From NCBI GenBank assembly GCA_020184695.1, contig JAANOX010000011.1, positions 434,001 to 498,000 of the forward strand: a stretch of DNA of 64,000 nt. The letters run 5' to 3'. The notes under the pieces were generated by a model. It was not told the origin of the DNA. It worked only from the letters and a program-made list of their open reading frames with translations, and did not search any database. The translations under genes were made by a program, and so were the position numbers. This document shows, one piece after another, positions 21,001-31,282 of the stretch. This DNA is from Histomonas meleagridis 2922-C6/04-290x. Its lineage: Eukaryota > Protista > Parabasalia. Each line of letters begins with the position of its first letter. Position 1 is the stretch's first letter.

Positions 21001-22037
21001 GAAAATTCCAGTCATTGTTTAAAGATTTTAATGCAGAATATGAAATCGATTTGGAAAAATTGGAAGAAGATTTTAACTATTCAAAATTCAACGATAGCGC
21101 AATAAACGGTCCCGACCCGCCCCAGCTTAGGCAACCGTTATCGAACCCAACAACTGTTGCTGGAGCTGCAGAATTAATAGGTATAACAAGTCAATTCCAA
21201 CAATATAATGGACAACTTGTTCCAAATGATAACAACTTACTGTTGTCTGATATATTTTCTTTAAATCCACTTAACGAACTTAAATTCGGAGTTTTGTTCT
21301 CAACAAATGAAAAAGAAATCCAGGCAAAGTTGTTGTCAACAACAATGGAGGAAACTTCGCCCTCTTTCCAAGAATTTATTTCAACACTTGGATGGACAAT
21401 TGATTTGGCCACTCACCATGGATATGATGCTGGGCTAAATATGAACAATTTAGAAAGCTGTAAGGCCTCTGTTTACTATGCAGATCTTCTTAACGAAGTG
21501 ATGTTTCATATTGCGCCAATTATGGAAACAGATGAAAAAGATGTTCAGCAAATCAAGAAAAAGAAACACATTGGCAATGACCACATCCATATAATTTGGT
21601 GTGAAAATACCAAAGAATATAATCATCAAATAATTACATCTCAATTTAACAATGTACATATCATTATATATCCACTTAAAACATGTTTGTTCAGAATCTC
21701 TGTGAAGAAAAAGGACGACGCGTTTTGGGTTGGCCCTCTTTCTGATCAGATGATTGTCTCCAAGAAGGTTTTACCTGTTTTGGTACGACAGACTGTAATA
21801 TGCGCAATGAACGCGTACTATGCAACAAAAATTAATGACGGAACGAATAAGGCAATTTATATGCAATCAAGATTTTCAAAATTGGTCAACAAAATATCCG
21901 GGTCATATGAATACGGATCACCTGTGAGAAAGCGGAGCGCCAATGAAAATGAAGGTTTGCAGCGTTCGTTGATGCAGTATAATTCTAATTTGAATTCATG
22001 TGATCAGAAAAAGAGTAGAACTAAAAAGAAAGAGTAA
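18048..22037 (+). CDS. Rap/Ran-GAP domain protein (RalGAP-alpha/tuberin-like)
   Basis: C-terminal EVMFHIAPIM...KKKHIGNDHIHIIWCE...SQFNNVHIIIYPL...GPL motif series; first ATG at 18048. Confidence 0.85.
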   Translation: MQEIEIKNTKTFELDMKNIISDKKFSTGTIIEDEQRVITFLKSIREYLLLFQKQGKDSSFFKRRKDPDVKSIFQILRRFFQIPNFRNLLRPEILADLCLVFYFFLHPDTSKTIQIPAQSLLFDLFLLIKDDYIEIEMPHIIIPFYCFSNNREIFIHPIPPGVFPLSDNNVECCNKEDGVKLFQSLMQFLLKNWNEMPKRCSLIFFSNVLYYMYSNVYRQTFGNSNPQYFTETPPETLEKEILYFFKHFIQNECYISYLFSSDPRNQVEEPRAKFFLSVLVYIGESDTFEEDQLILLDLMQQIITIPSITEPIIKKARKGFNELAFTVCNMITRISKKNPSQNHPVLLKIDVFFKDYFKSIFRFYEPEKASKHIADVFHKQHYEKFTSIFILYNFLNSLISYGNDNSILWNCLTNLVTESELLSAVASRYAQYLAVELCPYLFNFEDAPLIQACDTAMRKKLRTGQDSTFDPQQLLLMIQSPTTYAAELGPSWEKYEEHVDSFKLLSIPQIHINDKSILYDRINIFLSVFDCYDKLESTIQRQSAFAPIYSLYYVLNEMNNFPPELNCDQIVLFKYCKKRLFYAILNQSDLDIRNHSFQLLSKIINRFDIRYCLSQNALYKWIICVSMMILSNNQDNRVFAIRQGIRSICFGLPFTTMLIPLLMNAIFTFNVQLDNEIFAFVSSLSLFNRNNEINPIIINAINELKNKYPQHFISNTNELLKPFPTNFREFIFNYIEKTEFNDIPLLLNLISSMLADEMTQEKIEENHIQIILDIFLKLIKLQTFEAVMLDTVIFSYCEKLKKEFPSLLQNYVSSIIEYVSTLKPESSKWSYEIIQYTSHLIVYSSPLVNHFDLSKFIDTISKISSVYKTNEKMIQFTEHVIDFISTNFLSYPFTNGPCFPVSTDKYSYGDLPILTSANNFIKFKFDDFDKSLIMTSQTQTQRYTVKLENITKTFINDQNIKPFEFAKDLENCENKQKEENGDLSRKFQSLFKDFNAEYEIDLEKLEEDFNYSKFNDSAINGPDPPQLRQPLSNPTTVAGAAELIGITSQFQQYNGQLVPNDNNLLLSDIFSLNPLNELKFGVLFSTNEKEIQAKLLSTTMEETSPSFQEFISTLGWTIDLATHHGYDAGLNMNNLESCKASVYYADLLNEVMFHIAPIMETDEKDVQQIKKKKHIGNDHIHIIWCENTKEYNHQIITSQFNNVHIIIYPLKTCLFRISVKKKDDAFWVGPLSDQMIVSKKVLPVLVRQTVICAMNAYYATKINDGTNKAIYMQSRFSKLVNKISGSYEYGSPVRKRSANENEGLQRSLMQYNSNLNSCDQKKSRTKKKE

Positions 22038-22094
22038 AAGTGTCGTTTTAAAGTGAGTAATTTTGTTTTTTTGATGAGTGGTCAATATCTTTCG

Positions 22095-22780
22095 TTTATT
22101 TTTGAGATTGACCTTTTGTTTTCAAATAATTTAAATTATTTCTAAATATTATTTTCAAATATAAAATTATTAAAACAAATATTATCTTTAGCATTAATAT
22201 CAATTGATATCCTTCTTGCTCAATAATATGTTTATTGAACCGGTTGAACAGGTTCAAAATTTTTTGAATTTAAAGGATATAGTAATTACTTTTGGAATCT
22301 GATTTTTTTGAAGAAAATGTTTAATAAGATACAAATTTCCAATTTCCGCAGTATCATTAATTATATTTTCTTATGTTTTATTAAATTTTTCTTCTAAAAA
22401 AGATAAAATTTCAAAATTTCCTTTTAAAATACAAACATATTTAATATCATTCATTTTCTGCTTTAATTTCATTATCAGCATTATTTTTATAAAGATATTT
22501 AAAGATATCATTTTGATGAAATTCTATTGCAGTTTCATACAATTTCCCAAATTTTGATAAATTTTGTTCACATAAATGAATGATTTTTAAGTTTCCGCCT
22601 ACAATTGCATATTTCCATGTATTCTTTATTTTAGCACCATTTATAAGTAAATATTTAAAATATTTAATTGATCCAAAGCATGCAGCATAATCCATTAATG
22701 AAACATTTCTCTGATTAACATTTGAACATCTTTCATAAAGTGATGGTTCAATCTTTTGATTAAAACCAAAATTACTTTGT
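22095..22780 (-). pseudogene. Degraded DUF3447-like/ankyrin gene fragment retaining one 3x17-nt interrupted junction
   Basis: SLYERC...SLMDYAACFGSIKYFKYLL matches 26893 and 57735; contains frameshifts and stops; DINAKDN[17]Y[17]R[17]E at 22183-22121. Confidence 0.75.
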
Positions 22781-22881
22781 GATGAAATTTATTGGAAAAC
22801 AACTTTGTGTGATGTGTGTAAAGCAATGAAATAACCGCTTTTGATTCAAATTTATTGCAATATTGAATACTTTATTCCGAA

Positions 22882-23526
22882 ATGGAGACTGTGAGCCCCA
22901 TGACGCAAGAAAATCAAGCAATATCAATAATACAGCATCACTTTCTAAGACTTAGGCAAACAGAAAACAATAAGTCTTCACTTACCGAAGATATTTCATA
23001 TACTGCTTCATTCCTTAATATAAATGTCAATGATCCTGTTTCCGTATTAAAATCAATGGGAATCATATTTTTTGGACCAACGGCTGCATTTAATCTTTCA
23101 CTTCTTCAATCCCAAGTAATTTGTTGTCGTGCAGTTGTTCTTTCTGCGTTTTATCAAGAAGGATGGACAGATGTTGAAAGTAAAGACACTAATTTATCCG
23201 CCGTGGTTGGAGCCAATCAGGTTAAAAACTGGATTGTTTTAAAAATTCCTCAACAATCAAATCTTACAAAACTGATAAATGAAAATCCACGATTAATTGC
23301 AACGGAACAGAGTTTTGGTCTCGATCACACACCAGATGAGATCCTTATAGGGCCCGGGATGCCTCCTCAAGATGTCCTTACAGAGCCTCATTTTCCACTT
23401 GTTACCATACAATACGAATGGACATTTGAAACTCACACAATCGCTACATTTGATCCACTAGAGAATGCAGTTAAAAACAGAAAGAAGCTCAATATTTCCC
23501 AGTGTGAACATACTGACATTGAATGA
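22882..23526 (+). CDS. Hypothetical protein, 214 aa
   Basis: ATG-initiated ORF with coding-like composition; no family recognised. Confidence 0.6.
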   Translation: METVSPMTQENQAISIIQHHFLRLRQTENNKSSLTEDISYTASFLNINVNDPVSVLKSMGIIFFGPTAAFNLSLLQSQVICCRAVVLSAFYQEGWTDVESKDTNLSAVVGANQVKNWIVLKIPQQSNLTKLINENPRLIATEQSFGLDHTPDEILIGPGMPPQDVLTEPHFPLVTIQYEWTFETHTIATFDPLENAVKNRKKLNISQCEHTDIE

Positions 23527-26374
23527 AAATTATTGTAATGTTTTTTCTGGTTTGTATTAATGAATGTTTAATAAAAATGTATATGGCATACTAAAAATTT
23601 TTTAAAACAATTTCCTTTTGTTAAAAATACATCAAAATTATCCTCAAACTTCAAATTTGTATTATGCAAAATAAAGAAAGAATTAATATCAAAAATGTTA
23701 TAAAATTTACACCATTTGAAATGTTTCTTATGAACAAATAATAAAGAAATATTATAAATAATATTTTTAATGGCGAAATAAAAAATGATAAAGAAATAAA
23801 CATAAAAGTGACAATGAAGAGAAACCGTTTTTTGCCAAAATAGTTTTAAAAATTAAAAAAAAATGACTGATGCAGTAGGAGAAGCAGAAAAATTTTTTGA
23901 TTCCATTATTCAAGAAACATTTGTTCAAGAAGAAGATGATGAACTTATTGGTGTTCCAAAATATTCTGAACTTATTAGTAAGTCTTTAAAGATGGGAGCA
24001 GTTTATAACAATTATGATCAAGTGTCAACACAACAAATTATTACTAAAGTATCTGGAGGTGAATATCAATGTACAGTTCGACCTAGTAAGTTTGTTGTTA
24101 CAAACGAAGAAGAAGATGACACTAATTTAATGGCATCTATCAATGAACAAATTTATTCTATTTCATATCGATCCACATTTGAAGAAATTCGTTCTGAAAA
24201 AGTTCGACATGTTGATTGCACAGGCGAATTTCCTGATAGTGTCAAAACCATTTCTGAAGCTATTTCATTATCTATGCCCGGTGAAAGCATTATTCTCCAT
24301 CGTGGTGTTTATAAAGAGTCCATTATATTAGATCGTTCTTTAGAAATTCGATCATTTGAAGAGCGGTCCAATCCGCAAGACACAGTCATCGAAGCCGTTA
24401 TTTTTGATTGTGTTATTCTTAAAGCGAATTGTTGTCGTATTGTTGGTATTACTTTAACATGTAATACGCCAGGGGATTCATATTGTGCGCGTTCATCATT
24501 TGGTGTTTTAGAGTTAGACAATTGTATATTACGTTCATCATGTGCAGGATGCGTTCGAGCAGAGAACAATGCGCGTATTACGTCACGGCAATGCCAATTC
24601 TTTGCGACTAATTACACCACGACATCGCTGATGCCATTCAGTCGGAGTTTGTTTGATTCGTGCATCTTTCATAAGCCAACGAATGAGAACAATGCTATTG
24701 TTGTTGGGAGTGATGCGACGTGTTTAATTGTTGACTGTAAGCAAATTGATTCTACGATTGTCTTTCGTCCTCATTCGCACGGAATGATTTTACGATGCAA
24801 CATTAAGTCTGAAGTTGGCTCTGGCGTTATTATTCACGAAGGCGCCACTCCGCTTATTCAATCGTCGCAAATTAATGGGTGTAAAACGAGTGGCATCATC
24901 TTACAAGCGGGAAGCAAAGGTGTTATCACAGGCAACAAGATCATTAACAACAAAGAATTTGGATTTAATGCACGTTCAGCAGAAAAATTTGTATTAAATA
25001 ACAATGAAATATATAACAACAAAGGCGGGGTTCGCGTGTCGCAAGGAAGCATTGGGACATTAATTAATAATTTGATTAAAAGATAATGACAATGGCGTTG
25101 TGGTTGAAACCAACTGTCGCTTAAACATTCGTCGATGTAACATATGTAACAACAAACAAAACGGACTTTGCGTCATGCATAATGTTCAACAAGTTCCAGA
25201 CCGTATTTCATTAGTTCGAATTATTGATTCAGAAATCTTCGGGAACAAGCAATTTGGTATTTATTGCATGGAAGGCTCAGAAGTTCATGCGATTCGAACG
25301 AGCATTTATAACAATGAAAAGTTCGGCATCTTTAACAAGGAAACGTGTTTGATTCGTTTGCAAGATTCGAATGTTTATGGGAACAAATCGTTACAAATTC
25401 ATTCTATTAATCATAGCATATTTGAAGCCACAGGGTCGCACTTCTACAAAGCAGAGCAACAGGCGCTTCTATTTAATGAAGACAGCCAAGGCCGCTTCAC
25501 GAACTGCACGTGGGAGTTCAATCAGTTATCATTGAAAGCGTTAGGCAACGCGAGACATTACATTAAATAATTGTCATTTTTCGCCCGTAACACGCAATGT
25601 ATTGTTGGAAGTGATCATAGTAATATCAATATAGAACAAGTTGACTTTAATGACAATGCGCAATTTTGTGTTATGGGTCTTGAGCATAGTAATTTTAATA
25701 TTAATGGGATTAGTTGCCAAGAGTGTTACTCCGCGATTGAATGTACGCAAAGTTCTATTTTTAATGTTAACAAATGCATCTTTACTAAATGCAGCGAACG
25801 CGCCATTCTGACCGACGGCCAAGGCGTCGAACTGAACGTCAGCGACAGCAACTTCTACACGTGCGGCAAAAGTTTTTCTGTTTACATCCAAAAGTGCCGC
25901 AGCAGTAAATTTAGCGGAAGTACATTTGTTGGTGCGACGCGGAACAACGATTCGAAGAAAATTCTTCAGACGTCGCAAATAGCGATTAAGATCACATCGT
26001 TGAATGTTGTTATTGATTCGTGCATCTTCATGAACTTTCCGTACTACGGCATCGAAGTCGATCACCAGGGACTCCTTAAGATTAACAACTCGAAGTTTCA
26101 GTCATGCGGCCGTTCGGCGATTCGCGTTACGAATGGAAGTAAAGCAGATATCACGCGGAACACTATTGGCGCAGGGCATATTTACGCAGTCAACTTGTCG
26201 AATAACAGTTACGCGAAAATTAGTGAAAATGTTATTGGAGAAATGCGCGAGAAAGGAAGTTTTGTGCAAGTTGCAGCCAACTCGCGATACGATGCGAAGG
26301 ATAACGTGAATGAAAATGGTGAACCAATCGCATAGCAATTGAATGAAATGCATTTCAATAAAAGTTCAAATAAG
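23476..26374 (+). repeat. Right arm of the inverted duplication (partner 13540-16442)
   Basis: Direct sequence comparison with the reverse complement of 13540-16442. Confidence 0.93.
23863..26335 (+). CDS. Right-handed parallel beta-helix repeat protein (~822 aa consensus), split here by four single-base insertions
   Basis: ORFs 23863-25086, 25100-25570 and 25571-26335 join into one frame when compared with the inverted copy; repeated GIxxxxGSxGxIxxNxIxxN patterns. Confidence 0.75.
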
Positions 26375-26785
26375 TTTTCACTAAATTCATTATAATAAAT
26401 TGAAAATGCACTTTGGTGAATTCTTTCACGAAATTCATTATAATAAATTGAAAATGCACTTTGATGAATTCTTTCACTAAATTCATTATAATAAATTGAA
26501 AATGCACTTTGGTGAATTCTTTTCACTAAATTCATTATAATAAATTGAAAATGCACTTTGTGAATTCTTTCACTAAATTCATTATAATAAATTGAAAATG
26601 CACTTTGGTGAATTCTTTCACTAAATTCATTATAATAAATTGAAAATGCACTTTGTGAATTCTTTTCACTAAATTCATTATAATAAATTGAAAATGCACT
26701 TTGTGAATTCTTTTCACTAAATTCATTATAATAAATTGAAAATGCACTTTAGTGAATTCTTTCACGAAATTCATTATAATAAATT
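26375..26785 (-). repeat. Inverted copy of the 49-bp minisatellite, about 8.5 units
   Basis: Reverse complement of the unit at 11521-13539. Confidence 0.96.
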
Positions 26786-26892
26786 GGTAAATTAGTTTAA
26801 ATTTTTTTATGAATTTTATATAAAAAGTCGATAATGTCTATAAACTATACAAAATGAAGCTTCATTGGTCAAGTTTATAATTATAATTTTTA

Positions 26893-29800
26893 ATGGAAAA
26901 AAATAATAAAAATTACTTAAAATACCTTGAATTATCTGATCACATTATCTATGGTTTGAACGAAGGAAACATAGAATCATCGGTAGAAAATATTTTAAAT
27001 AATTTTGATGATGAATATTCAAAAACATTTCTTCATGTTATAATTCAAATGTCAGTTTGCTCATCTCTTATTTCTCGAAATTATAAGGGTGATTTGATTC
27101 TAACTTTTTTAAAAGCAATTCAAGCAAAAAAGGAAACTTTATTTAATAATAATGATTTAATTAAAGAAATATTATCAGCAATAAGACTTAGTTCTAAATA
27201 TCAAACATCATATTACCTTATTAACAAAATGATTGAAGAGAAAATGATAAATCCAAAATATGTTAAAAAGTTTAAAACATGTTATTTTGCACATTATTTT
27301 AAAGAAAAAGAATATTCTAAATTTAATGATATAATGTTATTTAGAAAAAATATTGAAGAACTTTCAAATAATGATTGGGAATTACATAAGCAATTAATTA
27401 AAGAAGGAAATAATCCGAATGAAATTGCAAAAATTATTCGAAATGATGAAATAGAAAAACTTCAAGAAATATCATCTCAAACAAATTTTGATTTTGATCA
27501 AACAATTCCAAAATCAATTTATGAAAGATGTTCATACATTAATCATAATAATGTTTCATTAATTGATTATGCAGCATTTTTTGGTTCAACTAAATGTTTT
27601 AAATATTTACTAATAAATGATGCAAATGCAAATAATGCAAGTAGATATGCAATTGCAGGTGGAAATGAAGGAATTATTCGTTTATGTGAACAAAAACATT
27701 TATCATTTGAAAATGGATTTGAAACAGCAATTATGTTTCATCGAAATGATATCTTTTATTATCTTTATGAAAATAAAAAAGAAATGTTTGATGTATCAAA
27801 TCTTAATTCATATGGTTTAAAATGTATTTCAAGTTTTAATTATGAAATTTTATCATTTTTATTCGAAAAAGGAATGAAATTTTCTGAAGAACTTTTATTT
27901 AAGACAGTAAGAATTGGAAATTTATATTTATTTTTGCATTATAATATTGAGAAAAATAAAAATCCGCCAAAAGATATAATATTTGAATCTATGTATTCAG
28001 GAAATCTAGAAATAGTTAAATATTTAGTAGAACAAATGAAAATTAATGTCAAGATGAAAAATATTTAAAATTTTAATTTAGAATTTCATTCTTTTTAAAT
28101 GTTTATTAAGATATTAATAGGCATTTATTTAAATTAAAAGACATTCCAATTATATTAGCAACTTTTAATGACAGCATTGATATTATTCAATACCTTCTTG
28201 AAAAAAAAGCTAATATAAATGCGAAAGATTTTTTTTCAAATTAAAAAGAATTTGAATTAATTATTTGATGATTCAATTTTTAAAATGGAATTTAAATTTA
28301 ATATTTCAAACACCACTTATTGTTGCATCATCAAATGAAAATTATGAAATTGTTAACTTTTTACTTCAACAAAATAACATTAAAATCAATATTAAAGATG
28401 ATAATTATTAATTCTTAAAAATTGATTTAATTATTTGAAATTTTAATAAAATATTTGGAATTTGATTAAACTTAATAATACAGCACTTTTTTATGCAGTT
28501 AAAAATGATGATATAGAAATTGTAAATTTACTTTTAAATCAAAAAGATATTGATGTTAATATTAAAAATTTTTATTTTATATAAATATTATTTGTTTTGT
28601 TTGTTTGATATTTTGGAATAATATTTGGAAAACATAAAAATTATTTAATACAGCACTTTTTTTAGCTTCTAGACAAGGTAATATAGAAATAGTTAAATTA
28701 CTTCTTGAACATGAAGGAATAAATGTTAACCTCAAAAATGTTGTTTTATTTTGTTTAAAATTTGTTTTATTTATATGATAATTTTTAGTGATATTTAGAA
28801 ATTATTTAATTTATTTAATACAGCACTTATGATTGCAGTTATAAATAAACACTCAGAAATAGTTAAATTACTTCTTGAACAAGAAGGAATTGATATTAAT
28901 GCTAAAGATATTTATTTAAATGATTTAAAATCTATTTTAATATTTTTATATTTTAAAATTATATTTAAAATTTAATTAATTTATTTGACTCCGCGTTTGA
29001 CATTGCTATTAACAGAGAAAACGCGGAAATAGTTAAGTTACTTCTTGAAAAAGAAGAAATTAATGTTAATGAAAGAAATATTTAATAATTTTATTTGATA
29101 CTTATTCTCATAGTTTTTTATTCCAAAAAAACATTTGAAAATTATTACTATTATTTAATACGGCACTTATAATGATGTCAAATAGAGGTAACACAGAAAT
29201 AGCCAAACTACTTATTGAATATGAAAAAACTGATATTAACGCAAAAGGTATTTATTTATTTTATTTCAAATTTATTTTAATAATTTTGTATTTCAAAATA
29301 ATATTTGGAAATTATTTAAATTATTTTGGACAGCACTTATGAAAGCAACTATGGAGGGTCACACAGAAATAGTTAAGTTACTTCTTGAACAAGAAAGAAT
29401 TGATGTTAATGCTAAAGATATTTATTTGATTGATTTATATTTTATTTTAATAATTTTCTGTTTCAAAATAATATTTGGAAATTATTTAAATTATTTAAAA
29501 CAGCACTTATTTGGGCATCTAACAGAGGATATAACGAAATAGTTAAATTACTTCTTAAACAAAAAGGAATTGATATTAATGTACAAGATATTTTTATTAT
29601 TTTTTTGAAATTTGTTTGTATAATTTGACATTTCAAAGTTATATTTGGTAATTATTTTATTTGTTTAATACAGCTCTTCTAACAGCTTTATCATTCTTTC
29701 ACAAAGAAACAGCTCAATTACTTCTTGAACAAGAAGGAATTGATATTAATGCCAAAAATATTTATAAGTTTTATTTAAAATTTATTTTAATAATTTAGAA

Positions 29801-29911
29801 TCTCAAAATAATATTTGGAAATTATTTAAAATATTTTGGACAGCACTTAAAATAGCAGAAACGAATAAAAATTTCAAAGAAATACTAGACTTACTTCACA
29901 AACATACTTAA
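26893..29911 (+). CDS. DUF3447-like N-terminal domain plus ankyrin-repeat protein interrupted by 44 17-nt elements (756 aa after removal)
   Basis: 3019 nt minus 44x17 = 2271 nt = 757 codons ending in TAA at 29909-29911; no internal stops after removal; canonical ankyrin hairpins restored. Confidence 0.85.
28063..29839 (+). other. Array of eleven 80-nt junctions, each 4x(17-nt AT-rich element + one codon), on a 170-nt period
   Basis: Junction starts at 28063, 28230, 28400, 28570, 28740, 28910, 29080, 29250, 29420, 29590 and 29760; all exactly 80 nt. Confidence 0.93.
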
Positions 29912-30323
29912 GTTGATCCCGATTTCTAAGGCTTTGACAAAATGATTCTTAATTCTGATTTAGAACGATCTTGGAGAAATCATTATTTAATATGTAACAA
30001 AGCATATGAATAAACTCGATAAAAAGGAACTCGAATCCCATAATATATTTTATACGAAATTTATACCAAAACATATATTTCTATGCTATGTGTAATTATG
30101 TCTTTTTGGGAAGTTTAAATGTTGTCGGAATTGCTGTGCATCGACAATAGAATCTTTTAGTCCCTCTTAACGGTCGTTTATAATAATAAAGAACTATTGG
30201 GGCACCCCTTTCTATTTTTTCAGCCAGAATTCTGGCAAAATGACATTCGAAACGGTTAATATTGTTTTCTGTGTCTAATAACCACCACTTTTTGAATCAA
30301 TTAATAACCGTTTTTCATTTGTG

Positions 30324-30866
30324 ATGACTGAACAAGAAAACTCCGTCCAAAAATTCCTTGATCGCGAAGATGAGGATGAAAGTGTTCGTAAATGGAAGGA
30401 ATCTCTCCTCGGTGATGCTGCTGGTGGCGATTTATCTCTTGCTTCTCCAAAAGATGATCCACGTCTTGTCATTGCAAAAGAATTCAAAGTTGTTATCCAC
30501 GGTGGAAATACCTATACATACAACTTAGAAGACAAGGACCAATTAAATGATCTTAAAAAGAATGGATATGTCCTCAAAGAAGGCCAAACTTTCCACTATG
30601 AAGTCACAATCCTTGTTCACCACGATATTGTTCTTGGTATTACATTTGAGACAAAGGCTAAGAAGATGTTGGCCAAGCAAGAGGCAAGTTTCGAAATTGG
30701 TTCATACCCACCAACAATTGCTCCAATCACTAAGGTTCTTGACGAATGTGAAGTCCCTGTTGGCAAGATGACACGTGGTGAATACAAGGTTGTTAACACC
30801 ATCAAAGATGAAAGGGATAACAAATACTTTTCATTTGATTCCAAGTTTAAGATCGAAAAAGCATAA
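30324..30866 (+). CDS. RhoGDI: Rho GDP-dissociation inhibitor
   Basis: DEDESVRKWKESLLG, YVLKEG, HHDIVLG, GSYPP and RGEY motifs. Confidence 0.92.
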   Translation: MTEQENSVQKFLDREDEDESVRKWKESLLGDAAGGDLSLASPKDDPRLVIAKEFKVVIHGGNTYTYNLEDKDQLNDLKKNGYVLKEGQTFHYEVTILVHHDIVLGITFETKAKKMLAKQEASFEIGSYPPTIAPITKVLDECEVPVGKMTRGEYKVVNTIKDERDNKYFSFDSKFKIEKA

Positions 30867-31282
30867 AAAAGAATGGTGCCTCTCATAGCTTTTGTTAATT
30901 CCTTTGCATGAGATTTTTTTCAACTTTGAAACTTAAATTTCGGTTATGAACGTAAACCGTAAATGTCATTTTTTTCAAATAAATAATTGCGTTTATTAGC
31001 TCAAAAAGTGGAATTCGTTTCGTCTTGATGATGACGTTTAAGTTCAAGCTATCTCATTAAGCATAAAGAATCACAAAAGAATACCACATAAATACTTATG
31101 CTCTGCTTATAGCTAAACAGAATAAATATTAAATAAAAATACATGAATTGCTCAATATTAATTCAACAAATATTTGTTTTTATTAAATGGCTAAAGGTGT
31201 GCAAATCTGCAATAAACATTGGAATAGGGGATAAAATAGCGAAATTTTAATTAAAAAGATAAAAAAAAAATCTATAAATACT

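Noticed and set aside
11521-26785. Maverick/Polinton or other DNA transposon with long terminal inverted repeats
   Set aside because: No integrase, polB, ATPase, capsid or transposase between the arms; the arms contain a cellular-type gene and a fragment of its neighbour.
29248-29333. Reading each ankyrin spacer as one canonical GT...AG intron (G|GTATTT...ACAG|CA)
   Set aside because: Most spacers lack GT at this position, three lack the AG (ATT CCA, ACA CCA and TCC GCG follow), there is no ACTAAC branch motif, and splicing this way would delete the D-x-x-G-x-T hairpin.
28063-29839. Stop-codon reassignment or simple readthrough as the explanation of the broken ankyrin genes
   Set aside because: 80 nt is not a multiple of 3, so readthrough cannot restore the frame; other genes end normally in TAA, TAG or TGA.
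28063-29839. One 68-nt excision per spacer, or matched-codon hopping of the T4 gene 60 type
   Set aside because: A single excision leaves TTT at the conserved Gly position and cannot explain the 63- and 46-nt junctions. Take-off codons (GAT/AAT etc.) do not match the TTT at element ends. Unmatched bypassing remains possible.
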